Assembly: GCA_949297075.1 (NCBI GenBank)
Contig: CASFRX010000024.1
Span: 7,651-71,650 of the forward strand
DNA from: an uncultured Oscillospiraceae bacterium
Lineage (GTDB): Bacteria > Bacillota > Clostridia > Oscillospirales > Acutalibacteraceae
Reading direction: 5' to 3'
Length of the DNA: 64,000 nt
In this document: one piece after another, positions 38,631 to 48,701 of the stretch
Layout: every line of letters begins with the position of its first letter
How positions within the stretch are numbered: the first letter of the stretch is position 1
Translations under genes and position numbers: made by a program
The notes under the pieces: generated by a model
What the model was told of the DNA's origin: nothing
The model's database searches: none
The model's input: the letters and a program-made list of their open reading frames with translations, nothing else

Positions 38631-40205
38631 TTACTTAATCTTCTTCCCGTATTTAATTTGGTTGTTTATAAATCCAATCAGCAATAGTATAAGTATTATT
38701 GGCAGCAATATGAGCAATAATACTGCGCCTAAAACAATTATTGCGGGACCTTTTCGGCTTTTGGGTATGTCGGCAAATGGGTCGACAGCATAAGGTTTTT
38801 CTTTTTTGTCCCCCTCAGCAACATAATCAGCGAGCTGTAGGGTAGTGTTATACGCATCAAATTCACCCTTATATGCCAAAGGTGCAAGTAGTTCAACTGC
38901 GTTGGGCGCAACCTTGATAAGCTTACCTAAATCAAGATGAATAGTTGTAAGAACGCTGTCAATTATGCGCAGGAAAGCTATGTAAATTCTGCATTTGGGA
39001 TTATCTAAATCCATGTTGTTTTCGCCTGAAAAGAGGTTTGAAACAAGGTTAATTATGAAATCAACCACCTTTTCATTTTTAATGGAAGCGATGTCGGATT
39101 TCTTTAATCCTGTCTCTTTTTTAGTCCAAGCGGCAAAAGTGGAGAATTTAACGCTGTTAAGCCATTTGAAAATCGGTTTAATAATCCAGCCGAATTTGTA
39201 GACAAGCTTCGGTTTGATGCTGATACCCTGTGCCATATAGGCAAACTTATCAATATCGCTTCCTGCCGCCTTGATCATATCGCTTATAACGCCGATAAGC
39301 TGTTTTTTCAGGTATTCCTTAAGCGTTAAGCCGCTTGTATCAATATCAGCCTTTTCTACTGTTTCGGTTGTAATATCAATTTTGCTGTCAGCTGTATCAA
39401 TAGTGACATTTCGTATGGGAGCAGGGTAGCCGCAAAGAGAGCCGGTGCTCACTGCGTAAAACTGATTGCCGCGCTCGCTGAAAATTCTGCCGATGTTGTG
39501 GGTGTGAGTGTGGCCGGTGAGCATGAACTGTATGCCCATATCAGCATATTCTTTTCGCCTGTCTTTATAGCTGCGGTGCATATCTCCTTTGCCGATAAGC
39601 TCGTACATAGGTGAAGGAGGAATAATCGGGTGATGAGTCATAGCCACAATAAACTGACCGTTTTTGCGTGCATCTTCAGCCTGTTCCTTGACCCATTCAT
39701 ACATTTCTCCCTCAATTCCCTTGTCGTCGTTAAGAGCAAAAAGGCGAATGTTATCAGGCAGCTGAACAATGTAGCTCATGTATTCGGGTTTGGAACAAAT
39801 GGCTTCGTCAGGGCCGAATTCACGGTAAAAATCGTATAGCTCTTCTCGCAAAAGACCCGGCATTTCCTCAACTTTATCACCGACATATTTTTTGCATTTT
39901 TCCTTATAATCATGGGTGGCAGTAATGAGGTAAACCTTTTTGCCTTTGCTTTTAAGCTCACGCAGCATTTCACGGAATTCTTCGTGAGCAGCTTTTTCGC
40001 CGTCGTTTGAAACATCACCGGCAATGAGGACAATATCACTGCTGTTATCAGCTGCAATTTTTTCAAAAGCCGCCTGAATAACTTCACGGCTGCCGCCCAG
40101 CAGCTTTTGGCTTCGCATGACTGCCGCTTCATAAGCAGAGCCGTTAGTTCCTGTTTCGGGTGAGTAATAGTGGGTATCGGTTATAACTTTAATTTTAAGT
40201 GACAT
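38631..40205 (-). CDS. calcineurin-like metallophosphoesterase with a C-terminal TM anchor
   Basis: DTHY, GDVSNDG, ATHD, MTHHP and GHTHTH motifs. Hydrophobic C-terminal tail. Confidence 0.8.
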   Translation of the reverse strand: MSLKIKVITDTHYYSPETGTNGSAYEAAVMRSQKLLGGSREVIQAAFEKIAADNSSDIVLIAGDVSNDGEKAAHEEFREMLRELKSKGKKVYLITATHDYKEKCKKYVGDKVEEMPGLLREELYDFYREFGPDEAICSKPEYMSYIVQLPDNIRLFALNDDKGIEGEMYEWVKEQAEDARKNGQFIVAMTHHPIIPPSPMYELIGKGDMHRSYKDRRKEYADMGIQFMLTGHTHTHNIGRIFSERGNQFYAVSTGSLCGYPAPIRNVTIDTADSKIDITTETVEKADIDTSGLTLKEYLKKQLIGVISDMIKAAGSDIDKFAYMAQGISIKPKLVYKFGWIIKPIFKWLNSVKFSTFAAWTKKETGLKKSDIASIKNEKVVDFIINLVSNLFSGENNMDLDNPKCRIYIAFLRIIDSVLTTIHLDLGKLIKVAPNAVELLAPLAYKGEFDAYNTTLQLADYVAEGDKKEKPYAVDPFADIPKSRKGPAIIVLGAVLLLILLPIILILLLIGFINNQIKYGKKIK

Positions 40206-40207
40206 AA

Positions 40208-41926
40208 TCAGTCATCTGCCTTAATTCTGTAAATTTTAACGCTGTGGGGTGCAAGAGCTACGCTGAGAGTACCCTGAATTTCAAATTCTTCGCCGCTCCA
40301 AAGCTCTCTGCATTTGTATTCATCTGCACGGCGAAGGTTGCAATAAGCTTTGTCGAGAAGATCGTTGATATTGATGCTTTCTGCTGATTCTTCGCCGAAT
40401 TTGTTGAAGAAGCAAACTGCTATTTCACCGCCGCTTAGAGGCTTAACAAGCACATCAACCTTAATATTAGTCTTGTGTCTGTAGCACTGTACACCGAGTT
40501 CATCCTGGTCAATGGCGATGAGGTCTTTGTTCGTAAGGATTTTTAAAACCTCGTTATCTTCTTTGACATTGCCGTTTTCATCAAGGAAATTGCGGATATC
40601 GTTGCCGAGAATAAGGGGAGCCGCCATCATGCACCAAAGTGTGAAGTGGGCTTTGTTTTCGTCTGCAGTCAGAGCACCGTTGCCGACTTCCAGCATATCG
40701 GGGTCGTTCCAGCCGCCCTTGCCTGCATATTTTGCAAGGCGAACATTCTGCTCATAAATAGAAACGATTGACGGCCATGTTGCCTGTATATCCATTGTTG
40801 TGCGCCAGAGGTTGCCTGCCTGCTTGCCCCAGCGCCAAGGCATATTCAGACCCCATTCGCAAATTGAGTAGCAAATGGGCTTTTCTTCAGTGCCTGTCTG
40901 CTCTGCATAAGCTTTAGTAGCTTTTTTGAGTTCTTCACCCATTTTTGTGTATTGACTTGCGGCGGCGTCCATCCGTGAGCCGTAAGGGTTGAAGAATTTA
41001 ATCTCATTGTCACCGGCTTTAAGCTCAACCACAACCTGAATTTTGCCCTCGGTAGTTGCCGCATTTGTGGGTGCTGCCCAAATCTCATGCTCAGCAGAGC
41101 CGTTGATAACAACTTTAGCGTATTTTGTGAATTTGCCACGCTTGCGGATAATTATGCTCAGGATATATTTTCCGTCTTCTTCCACACTAACATTGAAAGC
41201 GGCTGAGCCTATATTTGCGCTCAAGCCTGTAATGTAGGAAGCAGGGTGGCGATTATCGCTGACTATTCTTGCATGACCTTCAAGCTTAGCTTCCGCCGCA
41301 AAGCAGGTGAGAATATCCGTGCCGTCTTCTTTGCTGATAATGATTCTTTCGATGTTTGGCGCAGAGGTGGGGAATGGCTTGTTGTGGCAGAAATCATATT
41401 TAAAATATTCAATGCCCCAGCTTGCAAATGTAGCGGCATCAACAGCTTCGTGACCGAGAGATGCGGGTAAATCTTCGCAGGTAAATGTGCCGTTTGAGGA
41501 GTAAATACCAAGCTTTAAGCCCATTGCGTTGATATCGTCAACAAGAGGTCTGATGCCCCTCGGAAAAGTGTTGTAGTCGGCAACCATTTGACCGTTTTCA
41601 TCTCTTTTGGAGGATTGCCAACAGTCGTCAAGGTTTACATACTGATATCCTGCCTCCTGCAAGCCGCTTACTTTGAGTGCGTTTGCAATTTGGAGAATAA
41701 GCTCTTCGCTGATGTGGTTGCGGAATGTGTTCCAGCTTGACCAGCCCATAGGCGGTGTAAGAGCTACGCCGTTATCGTAGCTTTTATCACTCTTGGCAGA
41801 AACCTTGACAGCGTTTGTTGCTCTTGCAAGTGCTGCGGGTGCGGAGATGGTTTGATTTTTCAGCGCAATTGCAATGCCTGTTGCGGCCGCAGCAGCAGCT
41901 GCACTTTTTATAAAATCTTTAAGCAT
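40208..41926 (-). CDS. secreted GH27 alpha-galactosidase
   Basis: PPMGWSSWN and YVNLDDCW motifs. Ala-rich signal peptide. Start taken at MLKDF, after GGAGG. Confidence 0.85.
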   Translation of the reverse strand: MLKDFIKSAAAAAAATGIAIALKNQTISAPAALARATNAVKVSAKSDKSYDNGVALTPPMGWSSWNTFRNHISEELILQIANALKVSGLQEAGYQYVNLDDCWQSSKRDENGQMVADYNTFPRGIRPLVDDINAMGLKLGIYSSNGTFTCEDLPASLGHEAVDAATFASWGIEYFKYDFCHNKPFPTSAPNIERIIISKEDGTDILTCFAAEAKLEGHARIVSDNRHPASYITGLSANIGSAAFNVSVEEDGKYILSIIIRKRGKFTKYAKVVINGSAEHEIWAAPTNAATTEGKIQVVVELKAGDNEIKFFNPYGSRMDAAASQYTKMGEELKKATKAYAEQTGTEEKPICYSICEWGLNMPWRWGKQAGNLWRTTMDIQATWPSIVSIYEQNVRLAKYAGKGGWNDPDMLEVGNGALTADENKAHFTLWCMMAAPLILGNDIRNFLDENGNVKEDNEVLKILTNKDLIAIDQDELGVQCYRHKTNIKVDVLVKPLSGGEIAVCFFNKFGEESAESININDLLDKAYCNLRRADEYKCRELWSGEEFEIQGTLSVALAPHSVKIYRIKADD

Positions 41927-42023
41927 GATGAAACCTCCGTGAAAATATTTATACATCTTAATGATAGCAAATAATAAATTCAAAAGCAATACACATTTTT
42001 GTATGTTAACACTTTATACATAA

Positions 42024-42057
42024 AAGCAGTCCGCAGTATTTGTGCCACGGACTGCTT
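42024..42057 (-). terminator. terminator of the GerA-family gene
   Basis: AAGCAGTCCG pairs with CGGACTGCTT. On the minus strand it is followed by TTTTATG. Confidence 0.7.
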
Positions 42058-42063
42058 AATTGA

Positions 42064-43485
42064 TTAGTTATTGTCTTTACTTATTTTTTTGCGTATAAGC
42101 AAGCCGGATAATTTTTGCCAATCAAAGGGGATAAGGGGATAAAGATAGCATCTGCCTGTTATGGTTGAATTAAATGCGATCAGTGCGATTATTATAATCA
42201 TGCCTGCAATAAAGCCCCAAAGATTAAAGAGAGCTATAAGAATAATCAGCATCATGCGGCAAAGCTTAAATGCATAGCCCAATTCAAAGCTTGGCTGTGT
42301 GAAATTAGTTATACCGACAAAAGCCATATAAAGCACAACTTCAGGCGAAAGCCAACCGGATTCGACTGCAAATTCACCGAGCACCAATGCGCCGATTACG
42401 CTTAATGAGTTGCTTAAGGCAGACGGTGTATTGAGTGAAGCCAAGCGCAGAGCGTCAATAATTATTTCAACAATAAGCAGCTGTGCAAAGGGAGGAATTT
42501 CATACTGTTCCTGCATTTTAATAAAGTCCAGCCAAGGCGGAATTGCTTGTTCATTTTGAATGAGCAGCAGCCAAACAGGTGTCAGCAGAAGAGTGAGGGC
42601 AAAAATAATCATTCTGATTATTCTAAGATATGAGCCTATGAGAGGCGGAAAATAAAAATCGTTGGCATCCTGTAAAAAATCGAATATACCTGTAGGTACT
42701 ACCATTGCAGAGGGCGAATTATCCACTAAAACAATGATACTGCCTTCGTTTATGCTTGCTGCCGCCGCATCGGGGCGTTCTGTATAGCGCACTTTTGGGA
42801 AAGGGTTAAAATGCTGTTTTCTCAGCATTGCTTCTGCTAAGCTTGCCTGACCCATGACAAGATTATTGATTTTGACTGCGCCTATTTTATCTTCGAGTTT
42901 TTTCAGCGCTTTTTTATCAACTTTATCTTCAATATAGCAAAGAACCACATCTGTGTGGGATTTTGTGCCTACGCTCATGTATTTAACTGTTAGCTGCGGA
43001 TTGCGTAAACGCCTGCGTATAAGGGCTGTGTTAAAAATAAGGGTTTCTGTAAACCCATCATGTGCGCCTCTCAAAACCTTGTCGTTTTCGGGCTCATCAA
43101 CACCTCTCGCAGGGTAGGTTCGTGCGTCTATAATTATTGCCTGTTCGTAGCCTTCAACTATGAGACATATTGCACCCGACAGCACAAAAGTTACAACTGT
43201 TTCAAGGCTTCCCGTTACATCGGTTTCAATATAGCCGATAAAGTGGTTTACAAAGCTTCTTGTGTCGGTTGCTTCTTTCAAAGCCTCGGGCTTAATGTTC
43301 TGTAAGCCTTGAATAATCTTAATCATTGCATCGTCTTTTACTAATCCGTCCACAAAATACAGCCTTGCTCTCTTTTGTGCAAAGAATATGTTTCTGCACA
43401 CGATATCAAAGCTTGCGTCAACTCTTAAAGCATTGTCAATGAGCTTGAAATTTTCACTGTAATCTTTTGAAAAATCCTGCGGCAA
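42064..43485 (-). CDS. GerA-family spore germination protein A subunit (SpoVAF-like, stand-alone)
   Basis: GerA-family soluble N-terminal domain plus 5-6 C-terminal TM helices. No adjacent B (GerAB) or C (lipoprotein) subunit genes. Confidence 0.75.
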   Translation of the reverse strand: MPQDFSKDYSENFKLIDNALRVDASFDIVCRNIFFAQKRARLYFVDGLVKDDAMIKIIQGLQNIKPEALKEATDTRSFVNHFIGYIETDVTGSLETVVTFVLSGAICLIVEGYEQAIIIDARTYPARGVDEPENDKVLRGAHDGFTETLIFNTALIRRRLRNPQLTVKYMSVGTKSHTDVVLCYIEDKVDKKALKKLEDKIGAVKINNLVMGQASLAEAMLRKQHFNPFPKVRYTERPDAAAASINEGSIIVLVDNSPSAMVVPTGIFDFLQDANDFYFPPLIGSYLRIIRMIIFALTLLLTPVWLLLIQNEQAIPPWLDFIKMQEQYEIPPFAQLLIVEIIIDALRLASLNTPSALSNSLSVIGALVLGEFAVESGWLSPEVVLYMAFVGITNFTQPSFELGYAFKLCRMMLIILIALFNLWGFIAGMIIIIALIAFNSTITGRCYLYPLIPFDWQKLSGLLIRKKISKDNN

Positions 43486-43539
43486 AATATCACATCCAAA
43501 TATAAATATCGGTTTATATTTTGCCGCAAAATGCAGCTG

Positions 43540-44892
43540 TTATTCACGGTAATCATTATACAAGTTTACTATAGCGTTCCATGTGAGCGGACCGACGGCT
43601 CCTGTAGGGTTTTGTCCTATGAGTTTCTGAATTGCAATAACCGCATTCTGAGTTTGCTGTCCGTAAACTCCGTCTACGGTTACGCTTGGCACAGCAGGGT
43701 TATTTTCAGCTATAATGTTAATAAAAGTTTGCAGCTGCTCAACAACCTTTCCCGTTGCGCCCGTTGTGACATAGTAGCCGGGATACAACAATGAGGAATA
43801 GCTTTGATATTCAGCCGGAAGAGACCGAAGAATGGAATCATATTGATCCTGGAGTGCGTACCATGTCTGCCGCCCTACAATGCCGTCTTCAGGCAGACCG
43901 AACTGCCTCTGAAAAGCGAGCACGGATTCAAGGGTTTGGTCGCCGAAAATTCCGTCAACTGACGGCGACGGTATATTGTCGTAAAAAGCGGCTATGAATG
44001 CAAGGTAGTATTGCAAAACCGAAATATCAGAACCTGTATCTCCTTTTTGCAAAACTGTTCTGAATTGCCGCTGTGCTTCGCTGATGGTTATGCCTTCGGA
44101 ATATAGCTCGGAAAGATTTTTGACGCTGTTGTAAATCTGTTTTATCTTGTACCAGGTGCTTTTGCCTACTCTGCCGTCGGGGGTCAGGTTGAATATGCGT
44201 TGAAACTGCTCAACGGCACTGCGTGTAGGTTCGTCAAAAATGCCGTTTACATTCGGTATTTTTCTGATTGAGGGATAGTTAACGGCTATTCTGTTTAATT
44301 GCCGCTGAATTGTTCTCACATCTTCACCGGAATCTCCTAAATCTATGATAACGCCGGGGTAGGAGGGGACATTCGGTGAAATAGGTGCGTTGCGGATAAT
44401 ATTTATATCATCGCCGTAGTAGTATTGCAGTATTTCATAAGGTGTCAAGCCTTGCTCTGCAAGGGACACCGTACCCCATTGTGAAAGGCCGTCGCACTGA
44501 ACTGTAGTGCCGTTGCAGTAGGTAGTGAAATAGGGCTGAACTTGCTCGCCTTTGGTTACATAGTCGTTAAAAATATCATCGACGATTTGGCTTATGTTTT
44601 CAAATATTTCTCGGTTGTTGATGAATTTTTGGTCGTACTGCGTTGATGAAGTAATATCAAAATCGTAGCCTCGTGAACGGTAAAATTCAGTGTAATATCT
44701 GTTTAGTGCAAAAGAAATAATTGCGTAGATATTCGCTCTTACAGAGCTCTCCGGCCATGTCGGATATATTTCGCTTGAAGCCACATTTTTTATATAGGCG
44801 GCAAAAGGTACGGTTACATTTTCTGCTGAAGAATCGGGTGCGCCGAGATGCACGGTTATGGTTTCTGGAACATTTACAAACGATGTAGCCAT
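43540..44892 (-). CDS. sleC: SleC-like spore cortex-lytic enzyme: catalytic region plus three PG_binding_1 repeats, with no N-terminal prodomain
   Basis: YIKNVASSEIYPTWPESSVRANIYAIISFALNRYYTEFYRSRGYDFDITSSTQYDQKFINNR closely matches my recollection of the SleC catalytic core. Three repeats of the form G..G.DV..IQ..LN...DGIFG..T..AV..FQ follow. Confidence 0.75.
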   Translation of the reverse strand: MATSFVNVPETITVHLGAPDSSAENVTVPFAAYIKNVASSEIYPTWPESSVRANIYAIISFALNRYYTEFYRSRGYDFDITSSTQYDQKFINNREIFENISQIVDDIFNDYVTKGEQVQPYFTTYCNGTTVQCDGLSQWGTVSLAEQGLTPYEILQYYYGDDINIIRNAPISPNVPSYPGVIIDLGDSGEDVRTIQRQLNRIAVNYPSIRKIPNVNGIFDEPTRSAVEQFQRIFNLTPDGRVGKSTWYKIKQIYNSVKNLSELYSEGITISEAQRQFRTVLQKGDTGSDISVLQYYLAFIAAFYDNIPSPSVDGIFGDQTLESVLAFQRQFGLPEDGIVGRQTWYALQDQYDSILRSLPAEYQSYSSLLYPGYYVTTGATGKVVEQLQTFINIIAENNPAVPSVTVDGVYGQQTQNAVIAIQKLIGQNPTGAVGPLTWNAIVNLYNDYRE

Positions 44893-44903
44893 GACTGCCT
44901 CCT

Positions 44904-45587
44904 TTATAAATTCGGCTCGTCTTCACGGAAGATCTGAGCTTTATCGGAGCCGTTGAGCGGCAGCATTGCCGCCGGCTGCATGGATTCAATGGAATCAAAA
45001 ATAGGAACATTTTCATATATTTGAGTTGTAAAATTAGGATGGGCAATAGTCACCGTATAGGTGGCGAAAGGTATTTCACCGCCGGATGAAAGAGAAAGGG
45101 ACTTATCTTTTGTCGGCAAAACGATGTTTTCGGCTGCGCCGTCGATATCCGTATAAGCTTCATTGAATGTATGTCGGCCATCTTCAAAATCTTTGGTTAC
45201 AGTTACCTTGGCATTAGGAATGGGAAAAACCTGTTGTGAAGCATATGCCTGCACTTTGAGCTTGCCTGTTTTTGTGTTGTCTGCCAAAAAATCCTCATAG
45301 CTTGCGTATGCTTGATTATTGCTTCTTGGCAGATCTCTCCGGTTTTGTTTGTATATATTTGCGCTGTTTACCGCAACGCTTTCGCTTCCGTCATATTCCT
45401 GCGGCATGGGTCTGTTGCTCATATAAGCAGAATTGTATTTTTTGTCAAAAGTTTCATATTCTTCGTTTTCTTCAGGCTCAATTTGTCGGAATCCGTATTC
45501 GCTGCTGCCGTATACAGTGCCGTGCTGCTGAGCGTATTTAATAAGCTCTTCCCGATACTGCTCAATCTTTCTTTCAAAGCTGTCCAA
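44904..45587 (-). CDS. SleC N-terminal (pre/pro, carboxypeptidase-regulatory-like) domain encoded as a separate protein
   Basis: The beta-sandwich-like segment KVQAYASQQVFPIPNAKVTVT...YTVTIAHPNFTTQIYENVPIF parallels the N-terminal region of full-length SleC. TAA stop, then AGGAGG, then the ATG of the downstream gene 11 nt later. Confidence 0.55.
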   Translation of the reverse strand: MDSFERKIEQYREELIKYAQQHGTVYGSSEYGFRQIEPEENEEYETFDKKYNSAYMSNRPMPQEYDGSESVAVNSANIYKQNRRDLPRSNNQAYASYEDFLADNTKTGKLKVQAYASQQVFPIPNAKVTVTKDFEDGRHTFNEAYTDIDGAAENIVLPTKDKSLSLSSGGEIPFATYTVTIAHPNFTTQIYENVPIFDSIESMQPAAMLPLNGSDKAQIFREDEPNL

Positions 45588-45756
45588 AATAAAATCACTC
45601 CTTTATAATGCTGTAATCAATATATGAAAATTATTGCAAAAATGTGTTTAACTCTTATTGTGTTTGTAAAATTTCGTCTAACCCCTTTTTATTTTTTTTC
45701 TTTTGTGTTATACTTCACAATGAGTTTATTTATAATGTAAGTTTGAAAGGATTTCT

Positions 45757-47037
45757 ATGAAAGTTTTAATGGTTGGTTCGGGCGGCCGTGAACACGCCCT
45801 TATAAAAAAATTGCTTGAAAGCGATAGGGTAGACAGCGTTATTTGTGCACCCGGCAATGCAGGCATTTCCTGTGATGCACAGTGCTTTAGTGTAGCGGCA
45901 ACTGATATTGACGGTATGCTTGACCTTGCAAAGGAACAGGCTGTTGACTTTGTTTTTGTTGCCCCTGATGACCCTCTTGCGCTCGGTATGGTCGATGTTA
46001 TGGAGGAAAACGGCTTTAAGTGCTTCGGCCCCTCTGCGCTTGCGGCAAGAATTGAAAGCAGTAAGGTGTTTTCAAAAAATCTGATGAAGAAATACGGCAT
46101 ACCTACAGCCGCTTACGAGGTTTTTTCAGATGCCGGTGAAGCTATCTCTTACATAGAGAAAAACGGCAAGTTCCCGGTTGTTGTTAAAGCGGACGGCCTT
46201 GCACTCGGTAAGGGCGTAATTATTGCGGAAAACCTTGCCGATGCAAAAGACGCCGTTAAGTCAATTATGGAAGATAAGGTATTCGGCGCCTCCGGCAACA
46301 ATATAGTTGTTGAGGAGTTCTTGACCGGTCCGGAGGTTTCCGTTCTCTCTTTTGCAGACGGTAAAACAGTTGTTCCCATGGTTTCTTCGATGGATCATAA
46401 GCGTGCGCTGGACGGAGATAAGGGCCTTAACACAGGCGGTATGGGCACGGTTGCTCCTAACCCTTATTACACAGCCGATGTTGCCGATGAATGTATGAAA
46501 ACAATCTTTGAGCCAACAATCAAAGCAATGGCTGCCGAGGGTTGCCCTTTCAAAGGCTGTTTGTATTTCGGCTTGATGCTTACTCCTGACGGACCTAAGG
46601 TTATTGAATATAACTCTCGCTTCGGCGACCCTGAAACTCAGGTTGTTCTGCCTCTGCTTGAAACACCGCTTATTGATGTTATCGAAGCTGTTGCAGATGA
46701 AAAGCTTGACGAAATTGATGTTAAGTTTTCTGATGAAGCCTGCGCCTGCGTAATCATGGCTTCCGGCGGATATCCCGGTTCGTACGCTAAAGGCATAGAA
46801 ATTAAGGGTCTTGATGCAAACGGCAATGTTGAGGGCGCAACGGTTTATCATGCAGGTACAAAGTATGTTGATGATAAATTTGCAACAAACGGCGGCCGAG
46901 TGCTCGGCATAACGGCAAAGGGCGCTGACCTTAAATCTGCTCTTGCGGGTGCATATTCTGCAACGGAAAAGATTTATTTTGAGGGTGCTCACAAGCGTTC
47001 GGATATAGGTAAAAGAGCATTAGATGCTTTAAAATAA
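45757..47037 (+). CDS. purD: phosphoribosylamine-glycine ligase
   Basis: MKVLMVGSGGREHAL N-terminus with an ATP-grasp domain. 426 aa. Confidence 0.95.
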   Translation: MKVLMVGSGGREHALIKKLLESDRVDSVICAPGNAGISCDAQCFSVAATDIDGMLDLAKEQAVDFVFVAPDDPLALGMVDVMEENGFKCFGPSALAARIESSKVFSKNLMKKYGIPTAAYEVFSDAGEAISYIEKNGKFPVVVKADGLALGKGVIIAENLADAKDAVKSIMEDKVFGASGNNIVVEEFLTGPEVSVLSFADGKTVVPMVSSMDHKRALDGDKGLNTGGMGTVAPNPYYTADVADECMKTIFEPTIKAMAAEGCPFKGCLYFGLMLTPDGPKVIEYNSRFGDPETQVVLPLLETPLIDVIEAVADEKLDEIDVKFSDEACACVIMASGGYPGSYAKGIEIKGLDANGNVEGATVYHAGTKYVDDKFATNGGRVLGITAKGADLKSALAGAYSATEKIYFEGAHKRSDIGKRALDALK

Positions 47038-47060
47038 TTTTTTAGTTGGAGGGAAATTTA

Positions 47061-48686
47061 ATGAAAAGCAAGAAAAAGACCGCTAAGATTGTGGTTTCTC
47101 TTGTGCTTGTTGTGGCTGTTGTAGCTTCGGCTGTAATTTTTGTCCGCAAGCAGACGGATAACAGGTACAAAGCGGTTATTATGGAGGTCGGAACTCAAAC
47201 AATTACTCAGACTCTTTCAACAACGGGTGTAGTTGAATCTACTAACAGAGGGGAGTTTGAGATTTTCAACGGTGTTATTGCAAAGGAAGTATTCGTTAAA
47301 CTCGGCGATAAAGTTGAGGAAGGACAGCTGCTTGCCACCTTCGAGCCTTCATCCTTAAAGGGCTTGGTATCACAGAAGCAAGTTGAATACGACAATGCAA
47401 AAATCAACTATTATTCTTCTGTAAATGCCGCTAACGAAGCAGCTGCAAAAATACCTGAGCTTGATAAAAAGATTGCTGAATATACCAAGCAGGTTGAAGA
47501 GCTCAGTGATTATGTTGAAGACTCCAAGGGAACAAATGAGGAAAATGTTCCTGCTTGGGTTGATAAATTAGACTATTTAAAGCTGTCAAAGCTTCTGGGA
47601 AGCGAATATACAGAAGAACAAATCAGAAGCTATTTCGTTCGCCTTGCTCAGCGAGGCGCCAGCCGCAAAACCTTGTCAGACCTTTTGGATAAGATGACAA
47701 GCATCGGCTCATTTGATATTGGCACAATGCTGGGTCAGACAGAGGAAGAATCCGAGCTTATGAGTGCCGAACTCAACCTCATGGGTGCAAAAGCACAAAA
47801 GACTCTGCTTGAAACACAGGCTCAGAATCTGCTCGGCTCAGCCTATAAATCCCTTATGGATACTGCGGCCGCAAACCTTGAATCTACAAAAGCTGCCGTT
47901 AAAAAGCTTGAAAAAGGTTGGTATGCTGAGGGAGCCGGCGTCGTAAGCGAGCTTAATATTGTTGCCGGTCAGGCATATTTGCCTGCATCTGCCGATTCAT
48001 CGCAGCTTGATATAAATTCTTTGCTCGGCATGGTTTCCGGCGGAGCTGATATTTCTTCAATGCTCTCAAGCTTGATGAGTTCTTCAAACGCAAAAAATAT
48101 CGGCATAGCTGTTGAGTATTATGATAGCTTTATCGCTTCTTTCACACTTGGTAAATCCGATGTTCTTGATGTTAAAGTCGGTAAATCTGCAACCATTGAA
48201 TCCTTAGGCCGTGAGTTTGAGGGCGAAATTATCTACATCAGCCCTGTTGCTTCGTCTTCGTCAACTATAGATATCGGCTCAATGCTCGGCAGCATTACAG
48301 GCGGTTCAACCTCAAGCGGTTCAAATTCCATACCTGCACAGGTGCTGATTAAAGAGCCTGATGAGAGCATTATTGTAGGTATTGATGTTAATATTGATAT
48401 TATTATTGACACAGTTGACGATGCGGTTGTTGTTCCTATTGAAGCTGTAGAAACTAACTCAACAGGCAACTTCGTCTATACTTATGATGAAGAAACAAAG
48501 ACTGTTTCAAGAGTTGAAGTTGAAATCGGACTTTCTTCAGATACGCATTATCAAATTCTTTCAGGCGTTAGTGTAGGCGATAAAATCGTTCAGAACCAGT
48601 CTTCTCAGCTCGTGGAAATTGCCGAAGAGGGCAAAAAGGTAATCGCAACGCCTTATGAGATGCAAAATGAAGAAGCTTCTGTATAA
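47061..48686 (+). CDS. HlyD/MacA-like membrane-fusion (periplasmic adaptor) protein
   Basis: N-terminal TM anchor, a long coiled-coil middle, and C-terminal beta-barrel motifs. ATG 47061 follows GGAGGG. Confidence 0.75.
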   Translation: MKSKKKTAKIVVSLVLVVAVVASAVIFVRKQTDNRYKAVIMEVGTQTITQTLSTTGVVESTNRGEFEIFNGVIAKEVFVKLGDKVEEGQLLATFEPSSLKGLVSQKQVEYDNAKINYYSSVNAANEAAAKIPELDKKIAEYTKQVEELSDYVEDSKGTNEENVPAWVDKLDYLKLSKLLGSEYTEEQIRSYFVRLAQRGASRKTLSDLLDKMTSIGSFDIGTMLGQTEEESELMSAELNLMGAKAQKTLLETQAQNLLGSAYKSLMDTAAANLESTKAAVKKLEKGWYAEGAGVVSELNIVAGQAYLPASADSSQLDINSLLGMVSGGADISSMLSSLMSSSNAKNIGIAVEYYDSFIASFTLGKSDVLDVKVGKSATIESLGREFEGEIIYISPVASSSSTIDIGSMLGSITGGSTSSGSNSIPAQVLIKEPDESIIVGIDVNIDIIIDTVDDAVVVPIEAVETNSTGNFVYTYDEETKTVSRVEVEIGLSSDTHYQILSGVSVGDKIVQNQSSQLVEIAEEGKKVIATPYEMQNEEASV

Positions 48687-48701
48687 TGGGGGCTGATTTT
48701 A

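Noticed and set aside
45588-45756. Purine riboswitch upstream of purD.
   Set aside because: The three-way-junction consensus (UAUAAU...GUUUCUACC...CCGUAAAU) is absent. The region is simply AT-rich promoter sequence.
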